The notes: generated by a model not told the origin, from the sequence alone. 32,000 nucleotides of DNA from Pseudodesulfovibrio piezophilus C1TLV30 (GCF_000341895.1 NC_020409.1:2100001-2132000); one strand, 5' to 3'; shown: positions 7,534 to 16,734, numbered from the stretch's first letter. Translations and numbers: made by a program.

Positions 7534-10500
7534 ATGTCCAGCAGGCAGCGCGGCAGCATAAACCGGACGCCATGGAGATCGGAAGGACCACACCGTTCCT
7601 TGCGAAACTGGCAACTGTACACCCTCATCATCTTTTTAGCACTGGCCTGGGCCTCCACTGCCATGGCAGATGAGACCTCGCTGATCCGCAGGCTGTCAGA
7701 CCTCGGCGACCGATCCGCAGGCTCTCCCGGCGCTGTTGCTGCCGCCGATATGGTGGAAAACGAATTCCAACGTCTTTTCCCGAACGCCATCATCGGCAGG
7801 CAAACCTTCCACATCCCAACTATCAAGCAAACAAATGTGACGTTGACGATTTCGGATCAGACGCGTTCGATACAACTGAGTCAGCTGCGGGTCAATGCAC
7901 TCTCGCCGGGAGCCATCGCGCCTCCCGGCATCGAAGCCCCCTTACTCTATGTCGGGCAGGGAGCCCTCACCGATTTCAATGGTCACGATGTCCAGGGTGC
8001 TGTTGTTCTCATGGATATGGATTCGGCGAAGAACTGGAACAATGCAGCCATGCTCGGTGCTCGGGCACTCATCTTTCTGGGGCGCGGCGGCAATGGCGGT
8101 CCTGCTCCACGAGCACTTTTCAAGGACAAATTCGAACAGACCCCGGTGGATTTCCCGCTTTTCTGGGTCGCACGCGAACGAGCCGAGTCCCTGTTCGGCA
8201 CCAATTTCCCCAGCCAGGGCACGGCTGTCCTGACTCGTATCCGCCTGACCTCGGCATCGGCATGGCACAAGAGTTCCGCCGAAAATATCTATTGCATGAT
8301 CCCTGGCAGTGACCCTGAACTTTCGCACCAGACACTCATCATTCAGGCCCCTTATGACGACAGCGCACTTGTGGCTGGCGACGCCCCCGGAGCCGAAGAA
8401 GCCGTTTCCATGGCCACCCTCCTGGACACGGCTGCCGAATTTGCAGAAAACCCTCCCCAAAGATCACTCTTCCTCCTGGCGACGGCCGGAACAGGGCAGG
8501 CCCAGGCAGGGATGCGTGAATTCACCTACGCTCTGGTCACGAAGGGAAAGGAACTCAAGGAGCGCAAAAACAGACTTGAACAACAGGTCATCAACGCCGG
8601 ACGTGTTCTTGAGATACTGCGTCCCATCAAGCCTCTCGAACAAGCAGCACTGTCAACAGAACAGATCGTCCTGCTCAAGAAGGCTTTCAAGGCCGTGGTT
8701 CGCAACGCAGAGGACACTCTGACCAATGAATTGATGCGCCTGCGCCTGCTCAATGCAGAAGGAGCACAGGAAAAAAGGAACCCGGCACGGCAAAAGCGTA
8801 TCAAGGAACTGGCAGACCGCAGGATTCGACTCAAACGCTTGAACTGGGTCAATTCCACCACGGACGATTTCCCTCTGGCCCGAGAGGAACACACCGTGCT
8901 GCTCGACTTCATTCCCGCAGCCATAACCCTCCAGGCAGCGATTCTCGACGATGCCACGGGGCAACTCAAGGAGATAACCTCGGCCCGCGCCATGCGCGAC
9001 GCCATCGGGGACCGAAGTATCGCAGCCCACGTTTCCCTACACCTCTCCAGCCATGGCAACGGTGTCGGCGCATTCGACAAGGGGTGGCTCAATAATCTGA
9101 AGCCGACCATCAACCGGACCGCCTTTTTCCGCCCCATTGATACTGTCCTCAAAAACAGCATGAAAACGTTCGCTGAAGAACGCCCGGACATTGCAGCCCT
9201 CTTTCACGATACCCTGCGGCCGGGAAAACGCGCCTGGCAGAGTTACCTTCCCGATCAGCCGGAGCTGGGAGGCGAACCCATGGCCCTGGCCGGATTTGCC
9301 GGGCTGACTCTGGCGACTGTCCACGATGTTCGCCCAACATGGGGCACACCCTATGATCAGCCGGAGCGAGTCAATTTCACCTCCATGAGAAAACAGAGTG
9401 AATTAGTCAAACACTTACTAAACGCTCTGGCATCCCAGCCCATTGAAAATGCCGGAGAACGTGGCAGGAACAACTTTGTCACCATAGAAGGCCGTGCCAA
9501 TCTTCTGAGAAAAGGAGAGATCTTCCCGGATCGCCCCGGAACCGGCATGGTCGTGCTCGCCTTCCAATGGCAAACCCGCAACTACGCCATGGTTGATACG
9601 GCGGGGACATTCCGGATTCCGGGCTTGGCCAGCAAAAAGGTCAGTTATCACAAGGCCGTGATCGAGGCATTCAAATTCAATGAAAAGACAGGCCTGGCCG
9701 ATTGGGCCATCGACAAGCCCAAAACAGGAAGAGATGCCTACCGCATCAAGCTTAACCGTGCGGTCCAATCCACGGACCTGATCCTCTTCGCCTGCACCCA
9801 GACAACACTGTTCGATCTCTTTGATCCGAGGACATTCAAATACCTTTACCGCCCCACGCTCATTGACGGCCGAACCGAAGCACCGCCGGTCAGCTATTGG
9901 TACAGCCGACTCGACACGCGCCGATCCACCCTCGGCACACTCTTTCTGGAACCAGACACCCCCCTCAAACTGACCCTGTCAGACACAGTACTCGATAAAA
10001 AAGTCCTGCTCCTCAATGCCGATGAAAAACACCCTCAAGGACTGGGGTATATCGCCAGACAATGGCCGGTCATTCCCATGACTGAATATCGGGCCGCCCG
10101 CGATATGTGGTCGCTCCTGGCTCCGCGTATTGAGACACTGGAATCAAAAGGCATCGTCAATGAACGCATCCGTACCCTGCGGCATCTCGGCATCAACGAC
10201 CTGAACCGGGCCGGGCAGTACAAGACAGAGAAACAGTGGGATAAGTTCGTAGAAGCGGCACGATCCTCCCTGGCCAAGGCAAGCCGGGTCTACAACGATG
10301 TGGACAAGACCCAGAAAGACGTGCTGGTTGGAGTCCTGTTCTATGTCGCGCTGTTCGTTCCCTTTGCCTACTGCATGGAGCGGCTCTTTTTCTCATTCGC
10401 TGACATCAGGAAACGCATCAGCGCATTTCTCGGCTTCCTGATCGCTATCATCGGCGTCATCTACATGGTCCACCCTGCATTTCAGCTCACCTATTCTCCC

Positions 10501-12510
10501 CTGGTGGTGATCCTCGCCTTTTTCATTCTCGCTTTGTCACTGCTGGTTTCCCTGATCATCTTTTCCCGCTTTGAACGAGAAATGGTCGAGTTGCAAAAAC
10601 GATCCGCCCATATCAAGCTGACCGGAATCAGTCCGGCAGCGGCCTTTGGTGCGGCCTTCGTGCTCGGGGTCGGCAATCTCAAACGAAGGCCCATTCGCAC
10701 ATTCCTGACCTTTGCCACCCTTGTCATCCTCACTTTTACCATCATGAATTTCACCACGGTTAAATCCGTGCGGCAGAAAGGCTGGGCCACCTTCAGCGAC
10801 ATCGCGACGTACAACGGACGACTCCTCAAATACTTCAACTGGCAAAACGTTCCGGTCGAAGCTCTCTCCGTGCTCGAAAATGCCTATCAGAACAAAGGCA
10901 TCGTCGTGCCCAGGGCATGGTATGACACGGGCCTGACCTCCGATAAATCCCGTGCTCCGCTCATCCCTGTCACCATGAATGGGGTGGAGACCCCTGCCCG
11001 AGGCATGATCGGATTGTCCTTCCTTGAGCCACAGGTCAGCGGACTGGATCGTATCCTGGTCAAAGGACGTTGGTTCGAAAAAGGGGAACGCTTCGTTGCC
11101 ATGCTCCCCGAACGCATGGCAGCACAGCTCAATGCCGATCCCAACGACCCGCAACGTAATACGTTGACCATATGGGGACTCGAAATCAAGCTGGTCGGTA
11201 TTTTTCGGGATGACGGACTGCGAGACAATCCAGATCTTGACGGCGAACCCATGACGCCCATAGTGTTTCCGAACCAGGCCGCCACCCAGCTTTCCGAAGT
11301 CGAAGCCGAAGCTATCGAAGACGGCGATGATGTCGTTTCCACCGAGTCCCGCTATCAACATATTCCAGGCTATGAAACCGTCATTATCCCGGCCGAAAAC
11401 ATGCTCGCCATCGGCAATGGCAAACTCAAGGGTATTGCCGTCAAGCCCAATGAAGGCGTAACCGAAGTTTCCGGGGATCTGGGTGACCGTTTCGGCATGT
11501 TGCTCTTTCGAGGCAGTGACTCCGGGACTTCCCTCTATTTTGCCACCGATGCCGTCAACTATTCAGGTATGGCCAATATCCTGATCCCCCTTGCCATTTC
11601 CATCCTGATTGTCCTGAACACCATGGTCGGTTCGGTTTATGAGCGCAAATCGGAAATTGCGGTCTACACTTCAGTGGGACTGGCTCCCCCCCATGTAGCC
11701 TTTCTGTTCATTGCCGAAGCCCTGGCATTCGGCGTTATCTCCGTGGTTGTCGGCTACCTGCTGGCACAAGGCTCTTCAGCGTTTCTGGCAGGAACGCCCC
11801 TCTGGGCAGGCATGACTGCCAACTACTCTTCCACCGCAGGCGTGGCCGCCATGCTTCTGGTTCTCGGCGTGGTACTGGTGTCGGCCATTTATCCGGCCAG
11901 GGTTGCCGCACGAATTGCCATCCCCGACGTCAACAAATCCTGGACCATGCCCAAGGCACACGGAGATGAACTGATCGTGATCCTGCCATTTCTGATCAAA
12001 GTTGACGAAATGGCTTCGGCCGGAGGATTTCTGCAACAATACTACATGGCACACCATGATGTTTCCCACGGAGCTTTCTGCACAGACGACATGCGATGCA
12101 ACTTTCTGGACCTGGAGCAACAGGAACTGAAAACCGGACTGCTCATGGGCTTGCCGGACGGCCACCCCATGCCCGATGATCTCTGCTTTTCCCTAGACCT
12201 GCGAGTCTGGCTGGCTCCCTTTGATTTCGGTGTGCGCCAAAAGGTCAAACTTGTCTTCTGCCCATCCGATCTCTACCAAGGATTCCGTCAGGTCCGCGTG
12301 GTCATCCTGCGTGAAGCAGGGGAACACAAGGCGTGGGAAGGGTTGAACAGAAATTTCCTCAATGACCTGAGAAAACAGCTCTTGGCCTGGCGATCTCTGG
12401 ACGAAGAAGCTGTGGAACACTATGCTGTGACCCTGAACTCCCACATGAAACGAGTCATGGATGGAATGACTCCGGACGCCATGAACGAAAACGACGAAGG
12501 CTCAATATGA
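7534..12510 (+). CDS. 1658-aa fusion protein with five parts: signal/anchor, M28/PA peptidase-like periplasmic module (degenerate active site), coiled coil, extra TM bundle, and FtsX/MacB-type permease with a C-terminal cytoplasmic extension
   Basis: - The N-terminus has a basic stretch followed by LIIFLALAWASTAMA-DE.
- An M28-like start SAGSPGAVAAADMVENEF is followed by a PA-like insert (VQGAVVLMDMD...GARALIFL) and the motifs IIQAPYDDS, GAEEAVSMATLL and LLATAGTGQAQAG.
- A Lys/Glu/Arg-rich helical segment runs from about 8540 to 8940.
- Three TM segments occur around 10321-10575.
- The FtsX N-motif is LKRRPIRTFLTFATLVILTF, followed by a periplasmic domain of about 230 aa.
- The FtsX core is YERKSEIAVYTSVGLAPPHVAFLFIAEALAFGV...IYPARVAARIAIPD, followed by about 190 more aa. 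Confidence 0.85.
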   Translation: MSSRQRGSINRTPWRSEGPHRSLRNWQLYTLIIFLALAWASTAMADETSLIRRLSDLGDRSAGSPGAVAAADMVENEFQRLFPNAIIGRQTFHIPTIKQTNVTLTISDQTRSIQLSQLRVNALSPGAIAPPGIEAPLLYVGQGALTDFNGHDVQGAVVLMDMDSAKNWNNAAMLGARALIFLGRGGNGGPAPRALFKDKFEQTPVDFPLFWVARERAESLFGTNFPSQGTAVLTRIRLTSASAWHKSSAENIYCMIPGSDPELSHQTLIIQAPYDDSALVAGDAPGAEEAVSMATLLDTAAEFAENPPQRSLFLLATAGTGQAQAGMREFTYALVTKGKELKERKNRLEQQVINAGRVLEILRPIKPLEQAALSTEQIVLLKKAFKAVVRNAEDTLTNELMRLRLLNAEGAQEKRNPARQKRIKELADRRIRLKRLNWVNSTTDDFPLAREEHTVLLDFIPAAITLQAAILDDATGQLKEITSARAMRDAIGDRSIAAHVSLHLSSHGNGVGAFDKGWLNNLKPTINRTAFFRPIDTVLKNSMKTFAEERPDIAALFHDTLRPGKRAWQSYLPDQPELGGEPMALAGFAGLTLATVHDVRPTWGTPYDQPERVNFTSMRKQSELVKHLLNALASQPIENAGERGRNNFVTIEGRANLLRKGEIFPDRPGTGMVVLAFQWQTRNYAMVDTAGTFRIPGLASKKVSYHKAVIEAFKFNEKTGLADWAIDKPKTGRDAYRIKLNRAVQSTDLILFACTQTTLFDLFDPRTFKYLYRPTLIDGRTEAPPVSYWYSRLDTRRSTLGTLFLEPDTPLKLTLSDTVLDKKVLLLNADEKHPQGLGYIARQWPVIPMTEYRAARDMWSLLAPRIETLESKGIVNERIRTLRHLGINDLNRAGQYKTEKQWDKFVEAARSSLAKASRVYNDVDKTQKDVLVGVLFYVALFVPFAYCMERLFFSFADIRKRISAFLGFLIAIIGVIYMVHPAFQLTYSPLVVILAFFILALSLLVSLIIFSRFEREMVELQKRSAHIKLTGISPAAAFGAAFVLGVGNLKRRPIRTFLTFATLVILTFTIMNFTTVKSVRQKGWATFSDIATYNGRLLKYFNWQNVPVEALSVLENAYQNKGIVVPRAWYDTGLTSDKSRAPLIPVTMNGVETPARGMIGLSFLEPQVSGLDRILVKGRWFEKGERFVAMLPERMAAQLNADPNDPQRNTLTIWGLEIKLVGIFRDDGLRDNPDLDGEPMTPIVFPNQAATQLSEVEAEAIEDGDDVVSTESRYQHIPGYETVIIPAENMLAIGNGKLKGIAVKPNEGVTEVSGDLGDRFGMLLFRGSDSGTSLYFATDAVNYSGMANILIPLAISILIVLNTMVGSVYERKSEIAVYTSVGLAPPHVAFLFIAEALAFGVISVVVGYLLAQGSSAFLAGTPLWAGMTANYSSTAGVAAMLLVLGVVLVSAIYPARVAARIAIPDVNKSWTMPKAHGDELIVILPFLIKVDEMASAGGFLQQYYMAHHDVSHGAFCTDDMRCNFLDLEQQELKTGLLMGLPDGHPMPDDLCFSLDLRVWLAPFDFGVRQKVKLVFCPSDLYQGFRQVRVVILREAGEHKAWEGLNRNFLNDLRKQLLAWRSLDEEAVEHYAVTLNSHMKRVMDGMTPDAMNENDEGSI

Positions 12511-14513
12511 ACGGACGAATCAGGATACGGGCGCTTGTGACCGGGCTTTTGCTCGGCCTTTTCCTCTGTATCTTCACACCCTACAACAACACCGTTCTTC
12601 ATAATACTCCGCTGGGCGGCGGCCATTTTCCCCTGGCTCCCTTCTTTATCATCGCATGGTTGTTCGTACTCGACGCCCTTGCTGCCCGACTCAGCCGCCG
12701 ACGCCCCTTTTATTCCGGCGTGGAATTGCTCGTGATCTGGCTGATGACCGTATTGTTCACATCCATCGGCTATGCCGGGCTCAGCGAGTGTTTCTTCATC
12801 AACATCACCGCACCAGAACACTTTGCGCAAGATGCCTATCGCTGGACGGAAGTCCTGACTCCCCTGCTGCCAAAATCATGGTTTCCGGACTCCACTCAGG
12901 CTGTGCATGTTTTTTATGAAGGTATCAGAAATGGCCGTACCATGGGCGTCCTCGAAGTCCTGTCGTCCATACCCTGGCATGTCTGGCTTCCCGTGCTGGC
13001 TGTCTGGGCCTTGTTCATTCTGGGAGCTTTTTTTGTCATGATCTGCCTGATGGTCCTCTTCGGCCGTCAATGGGTGGTCAACGAGCGCGTCCTGTTCCCC
13101 CTCGTCCGTGTTCCCATGCTCATGGGCGAAGCCCTGGACCAAAGACAATTCCTGGACTGGTGGTCCAACCGATATCTGCTCATCGGATTGACCTTTGCCG
13201 GAGCACTGCACCTGCTCAACGGACTGCATTTCTATTTTCCCTCAATTCCCCAGATGCCCACACTGGTGCTGGCCGGCACCTACTTCCCGAAGTTCGGCCT
13301 CTTTTCCGGCTTCCACAAGCTCAAAATGTTTTTTGTTCCCGCTTTCATCGGCTTCGCCTTCCTGACAACACGACAAATATCCTTTTCCATGTGGGTCTTT
13401 TACATCCTCGGCGGCCTCCTCTTCGGGGTGCTCTATATCTTTGGCTGGCAACTCCCGGAAGCCGCACTCGGCACGACCCTTGGACCTGACCTTGCCCGGC
13501 CCGAAGGCGCGCAGACCATCGGAGCCTACATTATCTTCTTTATTTTTCTGCTCTGGCTGGCCCGCCATCACCTGAAAGAAACCGTTATCTGCTTCCTGCG
13601 ACCGGTCTGCCACAGTTCCGAACTGGAAGGGAAAGGGAAATTCGACACCATCCCCAAGGAATGGGGACCGCCCATCTGGCCGCTATGGGGACTCATTGGC
13701 GGACTGGTCGGTCTCTCCGCCTGGTGCTGGTTCTTCGGCCTGCCTCTCCTGGCCGCGCTCTTCCTGCCACTAATGTTTCTCATCTTCACTCTGGTGACCA
13801 GTCGCATCGTCTGTCAGGGAGGACTTCCCTATTTCACGCTCACAGCAGCCCCATCCGACGCTTTGATGGGGTTCTTCGGCACAGGCTTTTTCGGGACTGT
13901 CGGAATCGCCGCCACCGCAGTTATGCAAAAGGTCCTCTTCCTCGACATGCGTGAGGCTCTCGCCCCCACTCTTTTTCATGGTTCAAAGATCAGGCAGGAA
14001 GCCCGACAGCGTCATCTCGTGCTTATAGCCATCGGCATAGCATTGGTCCTTGCCCTGACTACAGCCTTTGTGACCATGTTGTTTCTCGGCTACAAATACG
14101 GTCTCCGGGAACTTGGCCTGGATTGGGCAACTCAGACCGTTCTCGCCAACTACCAAAACGCCCAGCGGCTTGTGGACCAGCCCGTGGGACCCAATGGATG
14201 GACTCTCACCTATGCCGGGGCAGGAGCCGTTGTCATGGGATTACTCATTTTCTGCTACTATAAGATTCCCTGGTGGCCCCTGCATCCTCTCGGCTATCTC
14301 GTCGCCTATTCCGGGGGAATGAAGATTCTCTGGTTCCCGTTCTTTCTTGGCTGGTTATGCAACCACCTCGTTCTCCATTATGGTGGCACGGCCTTGTTCA
14401 ATCGTGTCCGTTTTCTTTTTGTCGGCCTGATCCTCGGCGACTTTCTGATGGGAGGTGTTTTTACTATAGTCGGCTTGTTCAACAACCAAAGCTACTCTGT
14501 TTTCCCTCTTTAA
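12507..14513 (+). CDS. Polytopic membrane protein (668 aa), distant OPT-superfamily-like; possibly the DUF6785/DUF6784 type
   Basis: ATGA start/stop overlap with the giant gene. At least 14 hydrophobic segments. NERVLFPLVRVP and the C-terminal WWPLHPLGYLVAYS...FLGWLCNHLVLHYGG...GLILGDFLMGG resemble OPT-type motifs. The DUF names come from memory and are unverified. Confidence 0.75.
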   Translation: MNGRIRIRALVTGLLLGLFLCIFTPYNNTVLHNTPLGGGHFPLAPFFIIAWLFVLDALAARLSRRRPFYSGVELLVIWLMTVLFTSIGYAGLSECFFINITAPEHFAQDAYRWTEVLTPLLPKSWFPDSTQAVHVFYEGIRNGRTMGVLEVLSSIPWHVWLPVLAVWALFILGAFFVMICLMVLFGRQWVVNERVLFPLVRVPMLMGEALDQRQFLDWWSNRYLLIGLTFAGALHLLNGLHFYFPSIPQMPTLVLAGTYFPKFGLFSGFHKLKMFFVPAFIGFAFLTTRQISFSMWVFYILGGLLFGVLYIFGWQLPEAALGTTLGPDLARPEGAQTIGAYIIFFIFLLWLARHHLKETVICFLRPVCHSSELEGKGKFDTIPKEWGPPIWPLWGLIGGLVGLSAWCWFFGLPLLAALFLPLMFLIFTLVTSRIVCQGGLPYFTLTAAPSDALMGFFGTGFFGTVGIAATAVMQKVLFLDMREALAPTLFHGSKIRQEARQRHLVLIAIGIALVLALTTAFVTMLFLGYKYGLRELGLDWATQTVLANYQNAQRLVDQPVGPNGWTLTYAGAGAVVMGLLIFCYYKIPWWPLHPLGYLVAYSGGMKILWFPFFLGWLCNHLVLHYGGTALFNRVRFLFVGLILGDFLMGGVFTIVGLFNNQSYSVFPL

Positions 14514-14632
14514 CCTGACAAATGGAAAAACTCTGTTGATATGAAAAACTTCTCCCCTGACGCACTGACACAATAAAAAACAAAGCCGCCCTCCTCTTTC
14601 CCTGCGAGACAGAGTGATCTCCAGAAGAAAAG

Positions 14633-16621
14633 ATGGTCTGGAGGCCGGGAACATGGACCCCTATGTACGACGACAAAGAACTCCAGGAATACCGAAATTT
14701 AATGAAGCCCCCCGAGCATTTCGAGGAGGGCTTTGACTGGAAAACCATTGTCGGTGCGGTGTTCATCGGTTTTCTGATGATGCCCGGCTCCATGTACCTG
14801 CAATTGGTCATCGGACAAGGCATCGGCCCGGCAGCGCGGTGGGTGACGATCATCCTTTTTGCCGAGATCGCAAAACGCTCATATACCCATCTGAAACAAC
14901 AGGAAATTTTCCTTCTTTACTATATGGCTGGGGCTGCGCTGGCGTCTCCATTCCAAGGGTTGCTCTGGAATCAATACCTTATCCAGTCCGATGCAGCCCG
15001 GATGCTCGGATTGACGGAGTTCATCCCGCACTGGGTCGCCCCGGCACTAGGATCCGGCTCCTACCTGGAGCGGACCTTCATGCACCGCGATTGGCTGGTG
15101 CCGATCATGCTGTTGGTGGGTGCGCAACTCGTCCAGCGCATTGACCATTTCGGATTAGGATATTCCCTGTACCGTATCACTTCGGATGTGGAAAAGCTCC
15201 CGTTTCCCATGGCTCCGGTGGGAGCATTGGGTACTATGGCCCTGGCTGAGTCCACCGAGGATCGCAAGACAGGGTGGAAATGGCGAATCTTTTCCATCGG
15301 CGGCGTAATCGGTCTGCTCTTCGGCTTTTTCTATGTTCTCCTTCCCGCGCTCTCCGGCCTGCTGTTCACAGAACCAATACGGCTGATTCCCATCCCATGG
15401 ATCGAACTCACCCAGTACACGGAAGCCATGCTCCCGGCAGTGGCAACTGGTATCCAGTTCGATCTGGGACTGGTCTTCGTGGGGATGGTCCTGCCATTCT
15501 GGGCTGTGATCGGCGGCTTGCTGGGACTGGTTATCACCATCATCGCCAACCCCATCCTGTACACCCATGGCATCCTGCATCGCTGGCATCCAGGCATGGC
15601 CACGGTTGAAACCGTTTTCGCCAATAATTTTGATTTCTACATGAGTTTCGGCATTGGACTGGGGCTGGCAATCGGGGCCGTCGGCATTTACCACGTCCTG
15701 CGATCATTCAAGGATTCAAGAGGAAACGGATTGGACTTCTCGGCCCTGTTCAATCCGCCCAAAGGACGTGGCGACATCAATTTCTGGGTTTCCATCGGCA
15801 TCTATGTCTTCTCGACGCTCTGCTACATCGCTTTTTGCGTCTGGCTGGTACCGTCATTCCCATGGATATTCTTCGTTATCTACGGCTTCATCTACACACC
15901 TGTCATATCGTACATTACAGCACGGATGGAGGGTGTGGCCGGGCAGTTCATAGCCCTGCCCATGGTGCGTGAATTTTCCTTCATTGCCGGAGCCAAGTTC
16001 TTTGGCTACCAGGGGTTGGAGATCTGGTATGCTCCAATTCCCATCCATAACTATGGCGAAGCAACCGTCCAGTTCCGGCAAATTGAACTGACCGGAACAA
16101 GCCTGCGCGGCATCATCAAGGCCGAGATCATCGTTTTCCCCATCGTGATGATCACCTCGCTTCTCTTCTCGCAATTCTTATGGCAACTCGCACCGATCCC
16201 CTCACCGGAATACCCTTTCGCGCAGGAATTATGGCATTTACAGGCATTGAATACCTTGCTCATGCAGACTTCGACACTGGAAGGCAATTCCCTGTTCTTC
16301 GAAGCGCTTTCCGGTCCCATTGTCCTGTCCGGACTGGGGCTTGGCCTTGGTATGTATGCGGTGCTCAATATTCTGGGACTTCCGGTCCTGCTGATCTACG
16401 GGGTGGTCCGAGGTTTGGGCCAATCCACCCCCCATGGTATGATATTGGAAGTCATCGGGGCTATGCTTGGGCGTCTGTATTTTCTGAAAAAATATGGGAC
16501 CCAGTGGCGGCACTACGCCCCGGTTCTGCTGGCCGGATTCTCCTGCGGCATGGGCTTGACCGGCATGTTCGCCATGGGCTGCACCCTGATTCTCAAGTCA
16601 CTGGGCCGCCTTGCCTATTAG
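14633..16621 (+). CDS. Polytopic membrane protein (662 aa), OPT (oligopeptide transporter) superfamily-like
   Basis: The N-terminal FDWKTIVGAVFIGFLMMPGSMYLQLVIGQGIGPAARWVTIILFAEIAKR resembles the OPT TM1-2 region. EKLPFPMAPVGALGTMAL resembles the OPT L-P-(F/Y)-P-x-G motif. The C-terminal GAMLGRLYFLKKYG...LLAGFSCGMGLTGM is OPT-like. ATG 14663 is an alternative start. Confidence 0.75.
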   Translation: MVWRPGTWTPMYDDKELQEYRNLMKPPEHFEEGFDWKTIVGAVFIGFLMMPGSMYLQLVIGQGIGPAARWVTIILFAEIAKRSYTHLKQQEIFLLYYMAGAALASPFQGLLWNQYLIQSDAARMLGLTEFIPHWVAPALGSGSYLERTFMHRDWLVPIMLLVGAQLVQRIDHFGLGYSLYRITSDVEKLPFPMAPVGALGTMALAESTEDRKTGWKWRIFSIGGVIGLLFGFFYVLLPALSGLLFTEPIRLIPIPWIELTQYTEAMLPAVATGIQFDLGLVFVGMVLPFWAVIGGLLGLVITIIANPILYTHGILHRWHPGMATVETVFANNFDFYMSFGIGLGLAIGAVGIYHVLRSFKDSRGNGLDFSALFNPPKGRGDINFWVSIGIYVFSTLCYIAFCVWLVPSFPWIFFVIYGFIYTPVISYITARMEGVAGQFIALPMVREFSFIAGAKFFGYQGLEIWYAPIPIHNYGEATVQFRQIELTGTSLRGIIKAEIIVFPIVMITSLLFSQFLWQLAPIPSPEYPFAQELWHLQALNTLLMQTSTLEGNSLFFEALSGPIVLSGLGLGLGMYAVLNILGLPVLLIYGVVRGLGQSTPHGMILEVIGAMLGRLYFLKKYGTQWRHYAPVLLAGFSCGMGLTGMFAMGCTLILKSLGRLAY

Positions 16622-16734
16622 CCCCCTCGTGTTCACCTGCACGATGCTGGTGTTTTGCTTCAAGGGCAACGGCGGCACATTGCATGAAACCATCCGTCAT
16701 CAGCGCTCCGCCTCACCGGACCTCAGCGCCAGAC

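Noticed and set aside
10537-11361. 274-aa minus-strand ORF (also 10887..11342 and 10491..10838)
   Set aside because: These are antisense to the giant FtsX-fusion gene, which keeps clear family motifs in this interval. They show no motifs and no ribosome-binding context.
14521-14560. Imperfect direct repeat ATGGAAAAACTCT / ATGAAAAACTTCT in the 119-nt spacer before the last operon gene
   Set aside because: The repeat is very short and degenerate, and the mini-ORFs it starts are only 5 and 11 codons long. There is no supporting structure, so it is probably chance.
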